From: an uncultured Planctomycetota bacterium | GTDB taxonomy: Bacteria > Planctomycetota > Planctomycetia > Isosphaerales > Isosphaeraceae | Reading direction: 5' to 3' | NCBI GenBank assembly: GCA_963823665.1 | Contig: CAWGMQ010000006.1 | Span: 1,440,001-1,504,000, forward strand | Length of the DNA stretch: 64,000 nt | Shown here: positions 33,791-43,944 of the stretch, piece after piece | Position numbering within the stretch: the stretch's first letter is position 1 | How the letters are laid out: every line of letters starts with the position of its first letter | Position numbers and translations under genes: made by a program | The notes under the pieces: generated by a model | Told to the model about the DNA's origin: nothing | Databases searched by the model: none | The model's input: the letters and a program-made list of their open reading frames with translations, nothing else

Positions 33791-36700
33791 TCACTCGTTC
33801 GTCCGCTTCAAGACTTTCTCCACCTCAGTCCATAACTCACGCCATTCCTTTTGCTCTTCGGCGGTCAGTCTTTTCACCTCGCTCTCATCGCGGACGCCGG
33901 CAAAAGCAGGATCACCCTTCCACTGCTCGAGTGTCTGCCTGTCGGTCTTCTTGGCGTCCGCTGTCCCGTGCTCGATCTGCCTCGTCCAGAAAGCCAGGTC
34001 CGCTTTGAGCCAATCAAACGCCCGCTTGCGCCATTGGGCCATCTGTTTCTCATCAAGCGCGGGCTTTGCCCCATCGTGCCCCGTTCCGGCCAGGGCAGCA
34101 CAGCACGCCGCGCGATACCGGATTGACGAGGCGCTCGGCTCGGCCGCCTTCGGCTCGGCTTCCATGACCTGGCCGCAGAGCTTTGCGGCCGAAGCATACA
34201 GCCCTTTGAAACTCGCGATCCTCGCCAGCTCGGTCCGCTCCACGATGTCCTTGGGCTGTTTATTCCCTCGGAGCACTTCCGGCAGAAGCCGCTCGAGCGC
34301 GACCAGACGCTCGCATTCGACGACCCATTGTGCCGACGGATAATTCCAGTCCCCTCGCTTGGAGCCCAGGTCGTGCCCGCGCCGGAAGTGGTCGAGTGCC
34401 TCGGCATATTCGCCCTTGTTCTGGAGGGCTTGTCCCAGGTTGCAGTGGGCTTCGGGGTGGTTCGGGTCGAGCCGTAGTGCCTCGCGGAAGGACTTGATCG
34501 CCTCATCGGTCTCTCCGGCGATCATCACGAGCGTGCCAATACCGTAGAAGCTGTCGGCCTGATCCGGATAGAGCCGAAGCGTTTCGCGGGCGGTCCGGAT
34601 CGCGTCGGCGGCTTGACCGTCCTGGTGCAGGACGACGGCCAGGCGATGGCGGGCCATCGTGAAATCGGGCCGCAGGCGAATGGCCTCTCGAAAAGCCGCG
34701 ATCGCGTCGCGATAGCGGTTCCGTTCAGCCAGGAATTGAGCCAGCCAGTAAGGATGGTCGGAATTCTTCGAATCAGCGCGGGCCGCCTTCTCGCAAGCGG
34801 CGATCGCGCCGTCGACATCGCCCTTGGCGTGCAAGGCGAAGCCGAGGTTGGCGAGTGAGTCCGCATCATCGGGCCTCAATCGCAGACTCTCGCGAAACGC
34901 GGCAATCGCTCCATCGAGGTCGCCCTTATCGCCTTTCATTGCCAGGACTCTCGCGAGGTTGGCCCAGGCTCGCGGCTCGTCCGGGCGCCTCCGCGTCGCA
35001 TCGCGCAGCGTTGCGATCCCCTGTTCAACCGCGCCGGAATCGCACTGAGCGCAGCCCAGATTGACGAGCGCGTCAACATGGTTGGGCTGCAGCCGAAGGG
35101 CTTCGCGGTACTCCGTAATCGCCACGGCGTATTCCTTGTGGCCCCAGAGCGCATTCCCCAGATTGTAGTGCAACAGGGCGAGGTGAGGCGATTGATGGAT
35201 CATTTCCCGAAACTCGCGGATGGCGTCATCAAACCGGCCCTCGTATTGTAGCTCGGTGGCGAGATTGGCCCGGGCGGTCATGAGACTCGGGTCAAGCCTG
35301 AGGGCGGCGTGAAATTCGGCCTTTGCCTCCGCCTTCTTGCCGGCGTGAGTCAAGATACTACCAAGCGTGGCGTGTGCCTGCGGCACGTCCGGCTGCAGCT
35401 CGATCGCCCGTCGACAGTTCGCGATGGCGTCGTCGAGATTGCCCAGCCCGTAAAGCGCCGAGGCCAGGTTGTGGTAGGTCGCCGGGTCGCGAGCCTCGGC
35501 GGCGAGCGAGCGCCGGTACGCCGCCACGGCTCGTTCAAACGCGTTGCGTGCTTCCTGGCCGAGTCCCATGTCCTTCAAAGCGTGTCCCTGGCAGCCGGCG
35601 TTGCTGCCGAGATCGGGCTGCCGGCGCTCCAGGTCGCGGAACATCGCGACTGCTTCGGCGCCTCGGCCTCGGTCCTCGAGGGTGTGGGCCAGCGCATGGG
35701 CTGACGTCGGCCGCAGCGCCCTGGCGGCGGTGTAATACCGGATCGCCTCATCGGGCTGCGCCGGGCTCGATGCGTTCAGGTAAGACGCCAGATCGTAGTT
35801 GACCCAGAGGTCCGATGGGTTCCGCTCAATCGATTTCTTTAGCAGCGCGACCGCCGCGGCCACGTCGCCGGCGGATACCAGCGCGCTGGCCAGCAATGTG
35901 CTGCTGGTCGGGGGTAGTTGATCGGCGTCCGGCTGGTTGGCCAGCTCGCGCAGCACTGCAAGCTGCGCAGCGAGGTCCACCGGTTCAAGCGTCTTCCGGA
36001 TGCGGGCACGATAAGGGTCGGGGTCGATGGCTTGCGCGATTAGCAAAAGCTTTGTCCAGCGCCGGGCAGGCTCGCGCATGGCTCGCCGCAGGCTGGACCA
36101 GTCGTCCAGGTAACCCGCCAGCTCGGCACGGACCGCCGCGGGCCGCTTTTGGAGCACTGCCGATATCTGCTCGGTCGTCAGGTCATCGGCGTCAAGCTCC
36201 GCGCGATGGAACGCCGTGGCATACGACAGGCTGGCGGCGGTCACTCCGAGATCTTGCTTGCCCGTCCGCGTATTTGAGAGGCTCAACAGCAGCTCGCGGT
36301 CGCGCCGGGCCGCCCGGTCACCGGTCTCGATCAGCCGCGAGAGCTCCTCGAGGCTGCGCCTGAGCCCGGCATTCCCTTGCTCCTGCACGGTCCGCTCGGC
36401 TCCGTGCAGCGTGGCCAGCGCGGCGCCCCAGCGCTCAAGATTCTCAGCCTCTTTGCCCGCCTGACTGAACAGCACGCGTACTTGTTCAAGAGCCAGCGCA
36501 GCGCGCGCGATGCTGGCCTGTCGCTGATGCAGATAATAGGCCGCGCTCGAGCCGCCCAGGGCGACGAGCGCCAGTACCGATGCCGCCAGGGCCAGCGTGG
36601 TGCGCCGGCGGCGGGCCTCCGACACCGCTCGGGCGTGCGCTTCGAGCACCAGCTTGTCGGCGAGGACCCGCCGCTTCTGTTCTTCCTGAGCGCGGGCGAT

Positions 36701-37945
36701 TGCCTCGACTTTCGCCAGCTCGGCCTTCCGCAATCGCTCTTGCACGCCGGCCTGGTGCGCCGCGATCCGCGTCGAGACTTCGCCCGCATTCCGGATCCGA
36801 TCGCTGCGCTCCGGCGCGAGGCAGTGCCGTGCAAGAGCGATCAGCTCGGGCTCACATCCCGAGCTCTCGAGCCTCGCGAACGCATCGGCGAGGTCGCCTC
36901 GTGCCGACCGCCGCAACCGTTCGGCCGGGTCGCCCGCAACGAATGCCGGCTGACCGGTGAGGATCTCGCAGAGAATGGATCCCAGCCCGAACACGTCGGC
37001 CCGTTCATCCAGATCGTCGATCTCGCCCCGCGCCTGCTCGGGCGCCATGTAACCCGGCGTTCCGAGCACCGAGCCGGCCTCCGACGCGTCCGCATCGGAG
37101 CCGGACCGGGTTGTGCGGATGACGCTGGCGGGCAGTTCCCGCTCGCGCCTCGGCCCGGCCAGATCGTCGGCTGCTCCACCGCGCGGCAGCACCTTGGCGA
37201 GCCCCCAGTCCATCACCTGGACTTCGCCGAATGACCCGACCATCACGTTCGACGGCTTCAAGTCGCGATGAATCACGCCCCGCGCATGGGCATAGGCCAT
37301 GGTCTGCGCGACCGACTCGAACAGGGACAGGAACCGCGGAATGTCTTCCGCCGACGGCGACCGAGCATCCAGCAGCTCGGCGAGCGTGCGCCCCTTGACC
37401 AGCTTCATCGTGAAATACGGCCGGTGGTCGGCGAAGGAGCCCAGCTCGTAAACCGGCACGATCCCAGGATGCTGAAGCTGCCCGCCGATCTGCGCCTCCT
37501 CGACGAACCGCTTGACCAGGTCGGGTTTCTCCCTGTGCGAGTCGAGCAGCACCTTGATGGCGAGGTCACGCCCGAGGTCGACGTCCCGTCCCTTCAAGAC
37601 GACTCCCATTCCCCCGCGGGCGATCTCGCCGAAGAACTGGTAGCGGTCGGGCCTGACCTCGGGCATCTCATTCGACAGCGGCGCGACAATCGGAGAAAAA
37701 GCCGAGTCGGCTTCAGAATCTCGCAAGAGCACCCGCGTCAGGCCGCCGACGGACGCGGAGATCTCGGCCAGGACGCTGGAGATTGCCGGTTCCAGGCTGA
37801 ATGTACGATCGTTCCCGCGCGCCGGCGGATTGGTCACTTCGGGTTCTGCGGCGGCCTCCGCCATCAGGCAAACGAGGCAGAGCCCACCGGGCGATCGTCC
37901 ATGCCGCAGTGACCCGCAACGAGGGCAGCGATCTGGTTCAGACAT
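33791..37945 (-). CDS. Ser/Thr protein kinase with TM segment and long TPR array
   Basis: N-terminal CPRC..CLVC; IARGGMG, HRDLKPSN, DWGLAK, YMAPEQ; TM TLALAASVLALVALGG; about 13 TPR units. Confidence 0.95.
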   Translation of the reverse strand: MSEPDRCPRCGSLRHGRSPGGLCLVCLMAEAAAEPEVTNPPARGNDRTFSLEPAISSVLAEISASVGGLTRVLLRDSEADSAFSPIVAPLSNEMPEVRPDRYQFFGEIARGGMGVVLKGRDVDLGRDLAIKVLLDSHREKPDLVKRFVEEAQIGGQLQHPGIVPVYELGSFADHRPYFTMKLVKGRTLAELLDARSPSAEDIPRFLSLFESVAQTMAYAHARGVIHRDLKPSNVMVGSFGEVQVMDWGLAKVLPRGGAADDLAGPRRERELPASVIRTTRSGSDADASEAGSVLGTPGYMAPEQARGEIDDLDERADVFGLGSILCEILTGQPAFVAGDPAERLRRSARGDLADAFARLESSGCEPELIALARHCLAPERSDRIRNAGEVSTRIAAHQAGVQERLRKAELAKVEAIARAQEEQKRRVLADKLVLEAHARAVSEARRRRTTLALAASVLALVALGGSSAAYYLHQRQASIARAALALEQVRVLFSQAGKEAENLERWGAALATLHGAERTVQEQGNAGLRRSLEELSRLIETGDRAARRDRELLLSLSNTRTGKQDLGVTAASLSYATAFHRAELDADDLTTEQISAVLQKRPAAVRAELAGYLDDWSSLRRAMREPARRWTKLLLIAQAIDPDPYRARIRKTLEPVDLAAQLAVLRELANQPDADQLPPTSSTLLASALVSAGDVAAAVALLKKSIERNPSDLWVNYDLASYLNASSPAQPDEAIRYYTAARALRPTSAHALAHTLEDRGRGAEAVAMFRDLERRQPDLGSNAGCQGHALKDMGLGQEARNAFERAVAAYRRSLAAEARDPATYHNLASALYGLGNLDDAIANCRRAIELQPDVPQAHATLGSILTHAGKKAEAKAEFHAALRLDPSLMTARANLATELQYEGRFDDAIREFREMIHQSPHLALLHYNLGNALWGHKEYAVAITEYREALRLQPNHVDALVNLGCAQCDSGAVEQGIATLRDATRRRPDEPRAWANLARVLAMKGDKGDLDGAIAAFRESLRLRPDDADSLANLGFALHAKGDVDGAIAACEKAARADSKNSDHPYWLAQFLAERNRYRDAIAAFREAIRLRPDFTMARHRLAVVLHQDGQAADAIRTARETLRLYPDQADSFYGIGTLVMIAGETDEAIKSFREALRLDPNHPEAHCNLGQALQNKGEYAEALDHFRRGHDLGSKRGDWNYPSAQWVVECERLVALERLLPEVLRGNKQPKDIVERTELARIASFKGLYASAAKLCGQVMEAEPKAAEPSASSIRYRAACCAALAGTGHDGAKPALDEKQMAQWRKRAFDWLKADLAFWTRQIEHGTADAKKTDRQTLEQWKGDPAFAGVRDESEVKRLTAEEQKEWRELWTEVEKVLKRTNE

Positions 37946-38071
37946 GGATTTCGCTCCAGCGTGAAGTGCAGCAAGCTCTTCCCATGAATAGGGAATTCAT
38001 CCCGAAAGCCATCGCGACGCGGAGGATTTTCTCGAGAGCCTTTCTACCTCGCACGGCACCGATTGCGTAAC

Positions 38072-38132
38072 TGTAGGGTGGGTGAAACCCACCGACCTGA
38101 CGCTGTTTGCGGTGGGTTTCGCCCACCCTACA
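38072..38132. repeat. Inverted GTAG-REP doublet (REPIN-like)
   Basis: TGTAGGGTGGGTGAAACCCACCG (38072-38094) and CGGTGGGTTTCGCCCACCCTACA (38110-38132) are near-perfect reverse complements. Confidence 0.85.
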
Positions 38133-38165
38133 AAGGGCTCGCCAATACCGGCTCGCGGTATTACC

Positions 38166-38908
38166 TTACCGTGCCAGCGCCGTGAAAAGGGAGCCAAGCT
38201 CGTCTTCTACCAACTCGGATGTTGGATTCTCAAGCGTCGCCGCGATTTGTGCCGCACGAGCGAGCGAAACTGCTTGCGCAGGCGCTGCGCGGCCGACTGG
38301 ACGGCAACTTCCGTGGTCCCAAGCTCTTTCGCAATCGCGGCATACGGCAGCGCGCCGGCGCCATCGGTCAGAACGGTTTTGAGCCGTTCGAACAGCGTGC
38401 ACCGGCCCGACTGATCGTACTCCTCGCGGATCTGCTCGATCACGCGCTCGAGCACGGTGGCGGCCCAGGCGCGGTCGAATAGCTGCTCGGCGGTCAGCCC
38501 GTCGGCCGCCGGCTCGAAGCGGTACCGCCCTTCCGCATCGACCGTATCGATCGACACAATCGCGCGGCCGCCTCCGCGCTTCTGAGCGTTTTCGCGGTCG
38601 CGCTCCCCGGCGAGGAAGAACCCGCAATCCGTCCGGAGGAACGCCCGGAATCGTCCCCTGTGCGGATCAGCCGCGCCCAGAACGCCCTTCTCCAGCAGAC
38701 GGACGAAATACGCCTGCGTCAGGTCTTCTGCCCGATCGGCGTCGTACCCCTTGCGGCGGATGAAGGCGTAGAGGGGATACCAGTACGCGTTACAAAGCTC
38801 ACCGAGCGCTTCCCACTCCTCAGAAGAACGACGGGCGCCCGCCGCGACGACGCGGGTCCAGTGCGTCGTCGGAAACCGGTTGCTCGGGTTCGACGGGTAT
38901 TCGGTCAT
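38166..38908 (-). CDS. ECF RNA polymerase sigma factor, kinase-associated type (frameshift near 38250)
   Basis: FPTTHWTRV, LCNAYWYPLYAFIRR, AEDLTQAYF, GRFRAFL, KRGGG, region 4 HTH; alternate frame ends ...VEDELGSLFTALAR. Confidence 0.9.
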
Positions 38909-39013
38909 GGAGCCGTGGATTGTTGGGCCGGACTCCGCCGGCAGAGACTATCGCGTCGAAGCGCAACAGCGATCCCCACTCTACGGAGAATGTCCCTGCC
39001 GTTCCAGCGTGGC

Positions 39014-39580
39014 TCAATGATGGCGGAGCAATTCGGCGATGACCTCATGCGGGTCGTTCTTCGATAGCGCGTCTGGCACGATTTGAATCGTGACGTTCGA
39101 GAAGTCAGCGGTCGGGTCGACTGAAATATCCCCGGACAATTCGCCGATGAGGTCGAGGAGCTCAGCGAATTCTCGGGGATCGTCGTACGGGCGCCGGATG
39201 TATGTGATATCCGTGGAGCGGCCGTTCGCTGGATACATCCTTAGCGTTAACGCGTACCAGAGGCGTTCCTGCTTTCGGATCTCGAGATACCGCTGCATCT
39301 CCGCCCGCGTATGCGCCCGTGGAAGTGATGAGTCGCGTTTCGCCAGCTCGCTGAAAGCCTCAGGCAACCAGAGATGAAGGGCCTCGGTACGAACAGCCAT
39401 GCCCGAACCGGGAACGTTGCCCGGTTCCAGCTCCTGATCCGGTCGAGCCGGGTGCCAGTCCGATCGAGTGAACGCATAGATGGACACGGCGAAAATGAGC
39501 ACCATCACGATCGGTCCGCCCACGATCAACCGATTTCGCCGCCGCAATCTCTGAGCGATCCTTGGAATGAACATCGTCAT
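39014..39580 (-). CDS. Hypothetical membrane-anchored protein
   Basis: Basic N-terminus, one TM (LIVGGPIVMVLIFAVSIYAF), 188-aa ORF. Confidence 0.6.
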   Translation of the reverse strand: MTMFIPRIAQRLRRRNRLIVGGPIVMVLIFAVSIYAFTRSDWHPARPDQELEPGNVPGSGMAVRTEALHLWLPEAFSELAKRDSSLPRAHTRAEMQRYLEIRKQERLWYALTLRMYPANGRSTDITYIRRPYDDPREFAELLDLIGELSGDISVDPTADFSNVTIQIVPDALSKNDPHEVIAELLRHH

Positions 39581-39584
39581 TGGG

Positions 39585-39990
39585 TTCCAATATCAACATC
39601 GTCGATGCGGTCAGGTCCGCGGTGGAGAATTCTTCGACGTCGATCCCGCGGCCAAAGGCAGATCCGCCATCGCCGTCGGAACCGCCCTGGCCACCGCTCG
39701 CACCATTACTTATCAGCGAGCGATCTTCCAGACCGAACGCCATGTTGTTGGCGTCGATGCCGCCCCCGTTCGCGAGTCCGCCGCGACCCGAAGCTGGCGG
39801 CGCCGCCCACGGCCTTGTCGCTGATCAGGATGCGGTCCGTGATCGTGGCCGTCAAGGTCGAGAAGCGCCGGAGGGCTTGAAGCTGGCGATATTGATGCCA
39901 CCGGTCAACACTTTGTGAATAATGTTGAATTTCGAGCCGTCAGCGCTATAAATAGCACCTTCCTGTGCGATGGCACTGCCGGCTCCCGAG
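39585..39990 (-). pseudogene. Degenerate fragment of a Gly-rich parallel beta-helix protein
   Basis: Broken frames give AQEGAIYS, GGINIA, GGIDAN, LISNGASGGQGGSDGDGGSAFGRGIDV, the same repeat type as the 43945 and 45433 genes. Confidence 0.55.
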
Positions 39991-40078
39991 AAAGACGCGG
40001 TCCAGGGCGATTCGACCGCGCGGCGCGGCGGCGACCGAGCAGAACCGTGTGCAAACCGCAAAGCGCCGCCGAAGCGCA

Positions 40079-41581
40079 TCAACAATCCGTAAGCGCCCGC
40101 GGCGTGAGGGACGCCCTCAATCCGTTGAGCACCGCGAGCACGTCGATCACTTCCTGCGTAACCGCCCCGGCGACTGGTGGCAGATAGCCTGCCGCGGCCA
40201 GGAACATTCCGGCCACGCTGAGCGTCATGCCGCCAATCGCCGTTTGCAGCGCGATGGATCGCATCCGCCGGCCGATGTGGAGCAATTCGTCTACCCGGAC
40301 CAGCGAGCTTTCCAGAATGACGGCGCCCGCCGCCTGCGCCGTGACGTCGCTCGCCTTGCCGAAAGCGACGCCAACCGTTGCGGCGGTCAGCGCGGGGGCA
40401 TCGTTGATCCCGTCGCCCACGAAAATGGTCGCGGCCTTTCTGGTCTCCTCGCGCACGAGCGATAGCTTCTGCTCGGGGCTCTGGCTCGCAAACACCTCGT
40501 TGATTCCGATGATCTCCGCGAGGTAGCGAACCTCCGATTCGCGGTCTCCCGAGACCAGGAGAATACGCTCCAGCCTGTGACGTGGTTTCAAATGCTGGAT
40601 GAACGCATTCCCTTCCGCCCGCGGTTCGTCGCGATAACGAAGCGTTCCCTCGAGCACGGCGGGATCTTTGATGACGATGCCTCGCCGCGCGGCCAGCGAC
40701 ACGGAACCGATGATCGCCACGGGGATGCCGATCAAGAGCGGACATGGTGTGGCGACCACGAGCACAGCCAGGAATCGTTGGGCATCGCTGCTCGCCGCCC
40801 AGGCCAGGAGGGCGATGGCGATAGCCAGAGGGGTGTAAATGGCACCAATCCGGTCGCCGAGCCGTCGCAACCTGGGCCGGCGCTGTTCCGACTCGCGCAT
40901 GACCTGCATGATCTTGGCATAGCGCGAATCGACGGCTGCTTTTTCCGCGCGGATCGTCAATGCACCGTCGCCGTTGATGGCCCCTGACATCACGGCCGAC
41001 CCCGCAGCCTTGGAGAGAACATAAGGTTCACCCGTGAGGTACGATTCGTCCATCGTGCTGTGTCCTTCCACCACGATGGCATCGACCGGACAGGTCTCAT
41101 GCGGAAGCACGACGAGCAGGTCGCCTACCGAAACATCTTCCAGTGGAATCTCGGCGACGGATCCGTCTTGCTTGCGGTGGGCTTGGGAAGGCATTCGTCG
41201 AGCGAGAGCGAGAAGCGCGGAAGACGCCTTGCGCACGGCGTACGCCTCCAGAGCCTGGCCCCCGGAAAGCATGAGCACTACGAGCGTGCCCGCGAGGTAC
41301 TCGCCGAGCACGACCGCCGTCACGATGGATATGCCGGCCAGGAGGTCGGAGCTGAACTCGAAACGCGCCAGGCGCGCCACCAGGCCCCCGACGAGCGGAA
41401 TACCGCCCACCACCAGAGCCACGAGCAGCGGAATCGTCGGCCACTTGATCCCGAGCAACGTGTCTTCGGTTGCAAGGACGAATCGTAGCACGAGGTGCAA
41501 TGCGACCGCGACAAGCGCGACCGCAGCAATGACAACGTCGCGTAAGACCAACGACTTGAACGAATTCAACGGCCGATTCAT
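40079..41581 (-). CDS. Heavy-metal P1B-type ATPase (P1B-5-like) lacking the DKTGT motif and N-domain; probable pseudogene
   Basis: [26 protein letters not shown] and QEVID present; IKDPAVLE joins directly to [10 protein letters not shown]. Confidence 0.85.
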   Translation of the reverse strand: MNRPLNSFKSLVLRDVVIAAVALVAVALHLVLRFVLATEDTLLGIKWPTIPLLVALVVGGIPLVGGLVARLARFEFSSDLLAGISIVTAVVLGEYLAGTLVVLMLSGGQALEAYAVRKASSALLALARRMPSQAHRKQDGSVAEIPLEDVSVGDLLVVLPHETCPVDAIVVEGHSTMDESYLTGEPYVLSKAAGSAVMSGAINGDGALTIRAEKAAVDSRYAKIMQVMRESEQRRPRLRRLGDRIGAIYTPLAIAIALLAWAASSDAQRFLAVLVVATPCPLLIGIPVAIIGSVSLAARRGIVIKDPAVLEGTLRYRDEPRAEGNAFIQHLKPRHRLERILLVSGDRESEVRYLAEIIGINEVFASQSPEQKLSLVREETRKAATIFVGDGINDAPALTAATVGVAFGKASDVTAQAAGAVILESSLVRVDELLHIGRRMRSIALQTAIGGMTLSVAGMFLAAAGYLPPVAGAVTQEVIDVLAVLNGLRASLTPRALTDC

Positions 41582-41712
41582 CGTTCGGAGCATACCTGAC
41601 AAGACGCTCTCAAGCGAGTAAGTTCGCGATCCTGGCTTGCTCGTGATGGGCTTTTGCCACCTGGCTAAGATGGCCCCGCCATGCAAATCGGCATGTGTGG
41701 GGTGCGCGATTC

Positions 41713-42531
41713 TCATGACAATCGTTGGGTGTTCTTCGTTCGGACCAACGTTCGCGGTCCCCACACGAGGACGACGATGGTCGCCACGAAGGCGACGATG
41801 AGGCCGGTGATGCTCGGGTCGTAGTAACTGGAGTAAGTCACGCTACTGACATTGCTGATCGCGTGAAACAGAGTTGCGGCGAAGACGCTACGCCCGGTGT
41901 TGTTGTAGAGCCAAACAATCAGCACTCGTAGCGCGACCGTGTAAAGTGACCACCAGGCAATCCATGTTGTCGATCGGTGGACCTGTAAGAGCGGCACGTA
42001 GTGCCAAACGGCCCAAACAACGCCAACCAGAATGCTGGCTCCGAGCGCACCCCAACGTTCCTGTAGCGGGTCGATGACGTACCCGGACCAGCCTAACTCT
42101 TCGCCCAAGGCAGTAAGAAAGAACGCCAGGAACATCACAAGCGCTGCCGGGAGCGAGAATTGTGGGACTGGAATTGGCATGCCCGTCAGGCGCATCATTC
42201 CATAACTCAGGAGGGAGATGGCGGGCATCAGGAGCGTAAGCGGCACATACCAGACTTTCGCTCGAATTCGGCTGCAGTCGAGGGCTCTCTTCAAGAGGTC
42301 TCGCACGCCTGCGCCCTTGCTCTCTTCGTACACCAGAATCGCGGCGGCCATCCCCGGGCACACGAACGCGAACGCACTCACCGGGATGCCTGCTAGGAGT
42401 TGCAAGCTCGTCGCGGCACCAAGCAGCAAGAACGGAACCGACAGGATGAAAGTGAGCGAGCAGAAACGCAGGGGCGAGCGAGTCCGCGCTGAAGTATCCG
42501 GAAGATTCCTGGTTTCGGGCTGTGGGGTCAT
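41713..42531 (-). CDS. CPBP (CAAX/Abi) family intramembrane glutamic endopeptidase
   Basis: [21 protein letters not shown] motifs; multi-TM. The motif-1 Arg of EExxxR reads Ser here. Confidence 0.88.
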   Translation of the reverse strand: MTPQPETRNLPDTSARTRSPLRFCSLTFILSVPFLLLGAATSLQLLAGIPVSAFAFVCPGMAAAILVYEESKGAGVRDLLKRALDCSRIRAKVWYVPLTLLMPAISLLSYGMMRLTGMPIPVPQFSLPAALVMFLAFFLTALGEELGWSGYVIDPLQERWGALGASILVGVVWAVWHYVPLLQVHRSTTWIAWWSLYTVALRVLIVWLYNNTGRSVFAATLFHAISNVSSVTYSSYYDPSITGLIVAFVATIVVLVWGPRTLVRTKNTQRLS

Positions 42532-42554
42532 TCGGTTTGCCTGCAAGAGTACCT

Positions 42555-42581
42555 TAATCCGACAGGGAGATCTTTGTTGGC
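42555..42581 (-). promoter_or_regulatory. Candidate ECF promoter for the CPBP gene
   Basis: Minus strand GCCAAC-N15-GGATTA, same spacing as the motifs at 47435 and 48139. Confidence 0.35.
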
Positions 42582-42658
42582 ACATTTTGTGCGCGGCCGC
42601 TCATCATACTTAAGAGAGTCCAACGTGCGTCTTGGTCACAAACGAGAATGAGCATGCC

Positions 42659-43069
42659 ATGAAATCGAGCGCGCTGACCATGAGCATCGTCTGCTGGACA
42701 GGCCGGGTCTTGGCCCTTGGACTGTTCTTATTCTGGGGGGCGTTTTTCGTCGAGCATCTGCAGGAGTGGTTCTTGCACCCAATCAAGGGCTTCCCACCCG
42801 TTTGGGTGTGGCTGGGACAACTGGCCCACTTGACGATCCTGATCGGGCTTGTGGCCATTTGGCGTTGGCAGCTTACAGGCAGCATTCTCACCATCCTCGG
42901 ATCGCTCGCTTTCTTCGGGGGTCTGGCGATCTCGCAGGCGATCGCAGGAAGGTCGCCCCTCTTGTTCGTGGCGTTCCTCGCCGTCACGATTATCCCGGCC
43001 CTGCTGAGCCTTACCTGCTGGTTCGCCCGAACCCATGCACTGGCCGCCGCCAAGATCCCGCTCACCTGA
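42659..43069 (+). CDS. Small four-TM hypothetical membrane protein
   Basis: WTGRVLALGLFLFWGAFFVEH...AIWRWQLTG; four hydrophobic helices. Confidence 0.75.
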   Translation: MKSSALTMSIVCWTGRVLALGLFLFWGAFFVEHLQEWFLHPIKGFPPVWVWLGQLAHLTILIGLVAIWRWQLTGSILTILGSLAFFGGLAISQAIAGRSPLLFVAFLAVTIIPALLSLTCWFARTHALAAAKIPLT

Positions 43070-43531
43070 ATCAGCTAAAGAAGCCACTCGTAGCCGGGTT
43101 AAGGCGACGTGTCCCGCGAAAGTAGCTTCGGCAACTCGATCAGTCGGCTGCGCCAACCCCCGTTGACTCCAGTGATCATCAAGTGGTTATCCCATTCCGG
43201 CTTCGGCGTCTCCTGGCCATTTGAGTTTAGCGTGATAACGCCGCACTCCGGCAGACTCCCGATCGTTTCGTAAACCCGGACCTCCGCAATCGTGCCTCTA
43301 ATGATCACCACTGCGATTCCCTCGATCCGATGGCTGCACGCGTGGCAGACTCGAATGTCGTATTCCGATTCGCGGATGACCAGGTCAGGGAACGATGGGT
43401 CGCCGATGTTTGCCGATGCGCCACGAAAAGAGGCCCATGCCGGGACGCCCCCGCGTTTGCCCAGGCGCCAGAGCAGATGAGAAACACTAACACCGAGCTA
43501 ATCGGATATCCGTGATCATAAACCATTCGCC

Positions 43532-43765
43532 AACAATGGTGGGCCTACCCTCACTCAAGCCCTTCATCGCGGGAGCCCCGCGATCGGCGCCGGGATTCCG
43601 GTTACCGGCGTCACAACGGATCAGCAGGGAGCCCCCCGGGGTCTTGCCCCTGATATCGGCGCTTTCCAGGTACAACGACCTCTGACCGTCGTGAGTCCGG
43701 AGCGTCCGGCGCTGTTCACCACCGGACTGTCACTGGTGCTGGGCTTCAAGCTGCGATTGATGCCC
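43532..43765 (+). pseudogene. Orphan choice-of-anchor-Q C-terminal fragment
   Basis: NNGGPTLTQALHRGSPAIGAGIPVTGVTTDQQGAPRGLAPDIGAFQVQ, paralogous to the end of the 45433 gene; no start codon or N-terminal part. Confidence 0.8.
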
Positions 43766-43787
43766 GGTTCCCGCGCGGCGCAGCTCC

Positions 43788-43817
43788 TTGCAATCGAGCT
43801 TGAGTCACGTCTATAAT
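43788..43817 (+). promoter_or_regulatory. sigma70-type promoter
   Basis: TTGCAA-N18-TATAAT (perfect -10 in a GC-rich genome). Confidence 0.65.
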
Positions 43818-43864
43818 TATTGGTGAGATGCGCTGCTCAAGGCGGGCGGTGCACCCAAGTCACG

Positions 43865-43909
43865 AAGGCCCTATCGCTCGGGAACCCGGGGATAGGGCTT
43901 TTTTGTTTT
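43865..43909 (+). terminator. Intrinsic terminator in the leader of the beta-helix gene array
   Basis: GCCCTATC/GATAGGGC stem extended by CTCGG/CCGGG around a GAAC loop, followed by TTTTTTGTTTT; 35 nt upstream of ATG 43945. Confidence 0.8.
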
Positions 43910-43944
43910 CCTAGCAGGCACGTCCGTGCTGATCGAAACCGCCG

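Noticed and set aside
43099..43526. Short minus-strand ORFs between the membrane-protein gene and the anchor-Q fragment
   Set aside because: No convincing start, motif or codon bias; left unannotated, possibly decayed sequence
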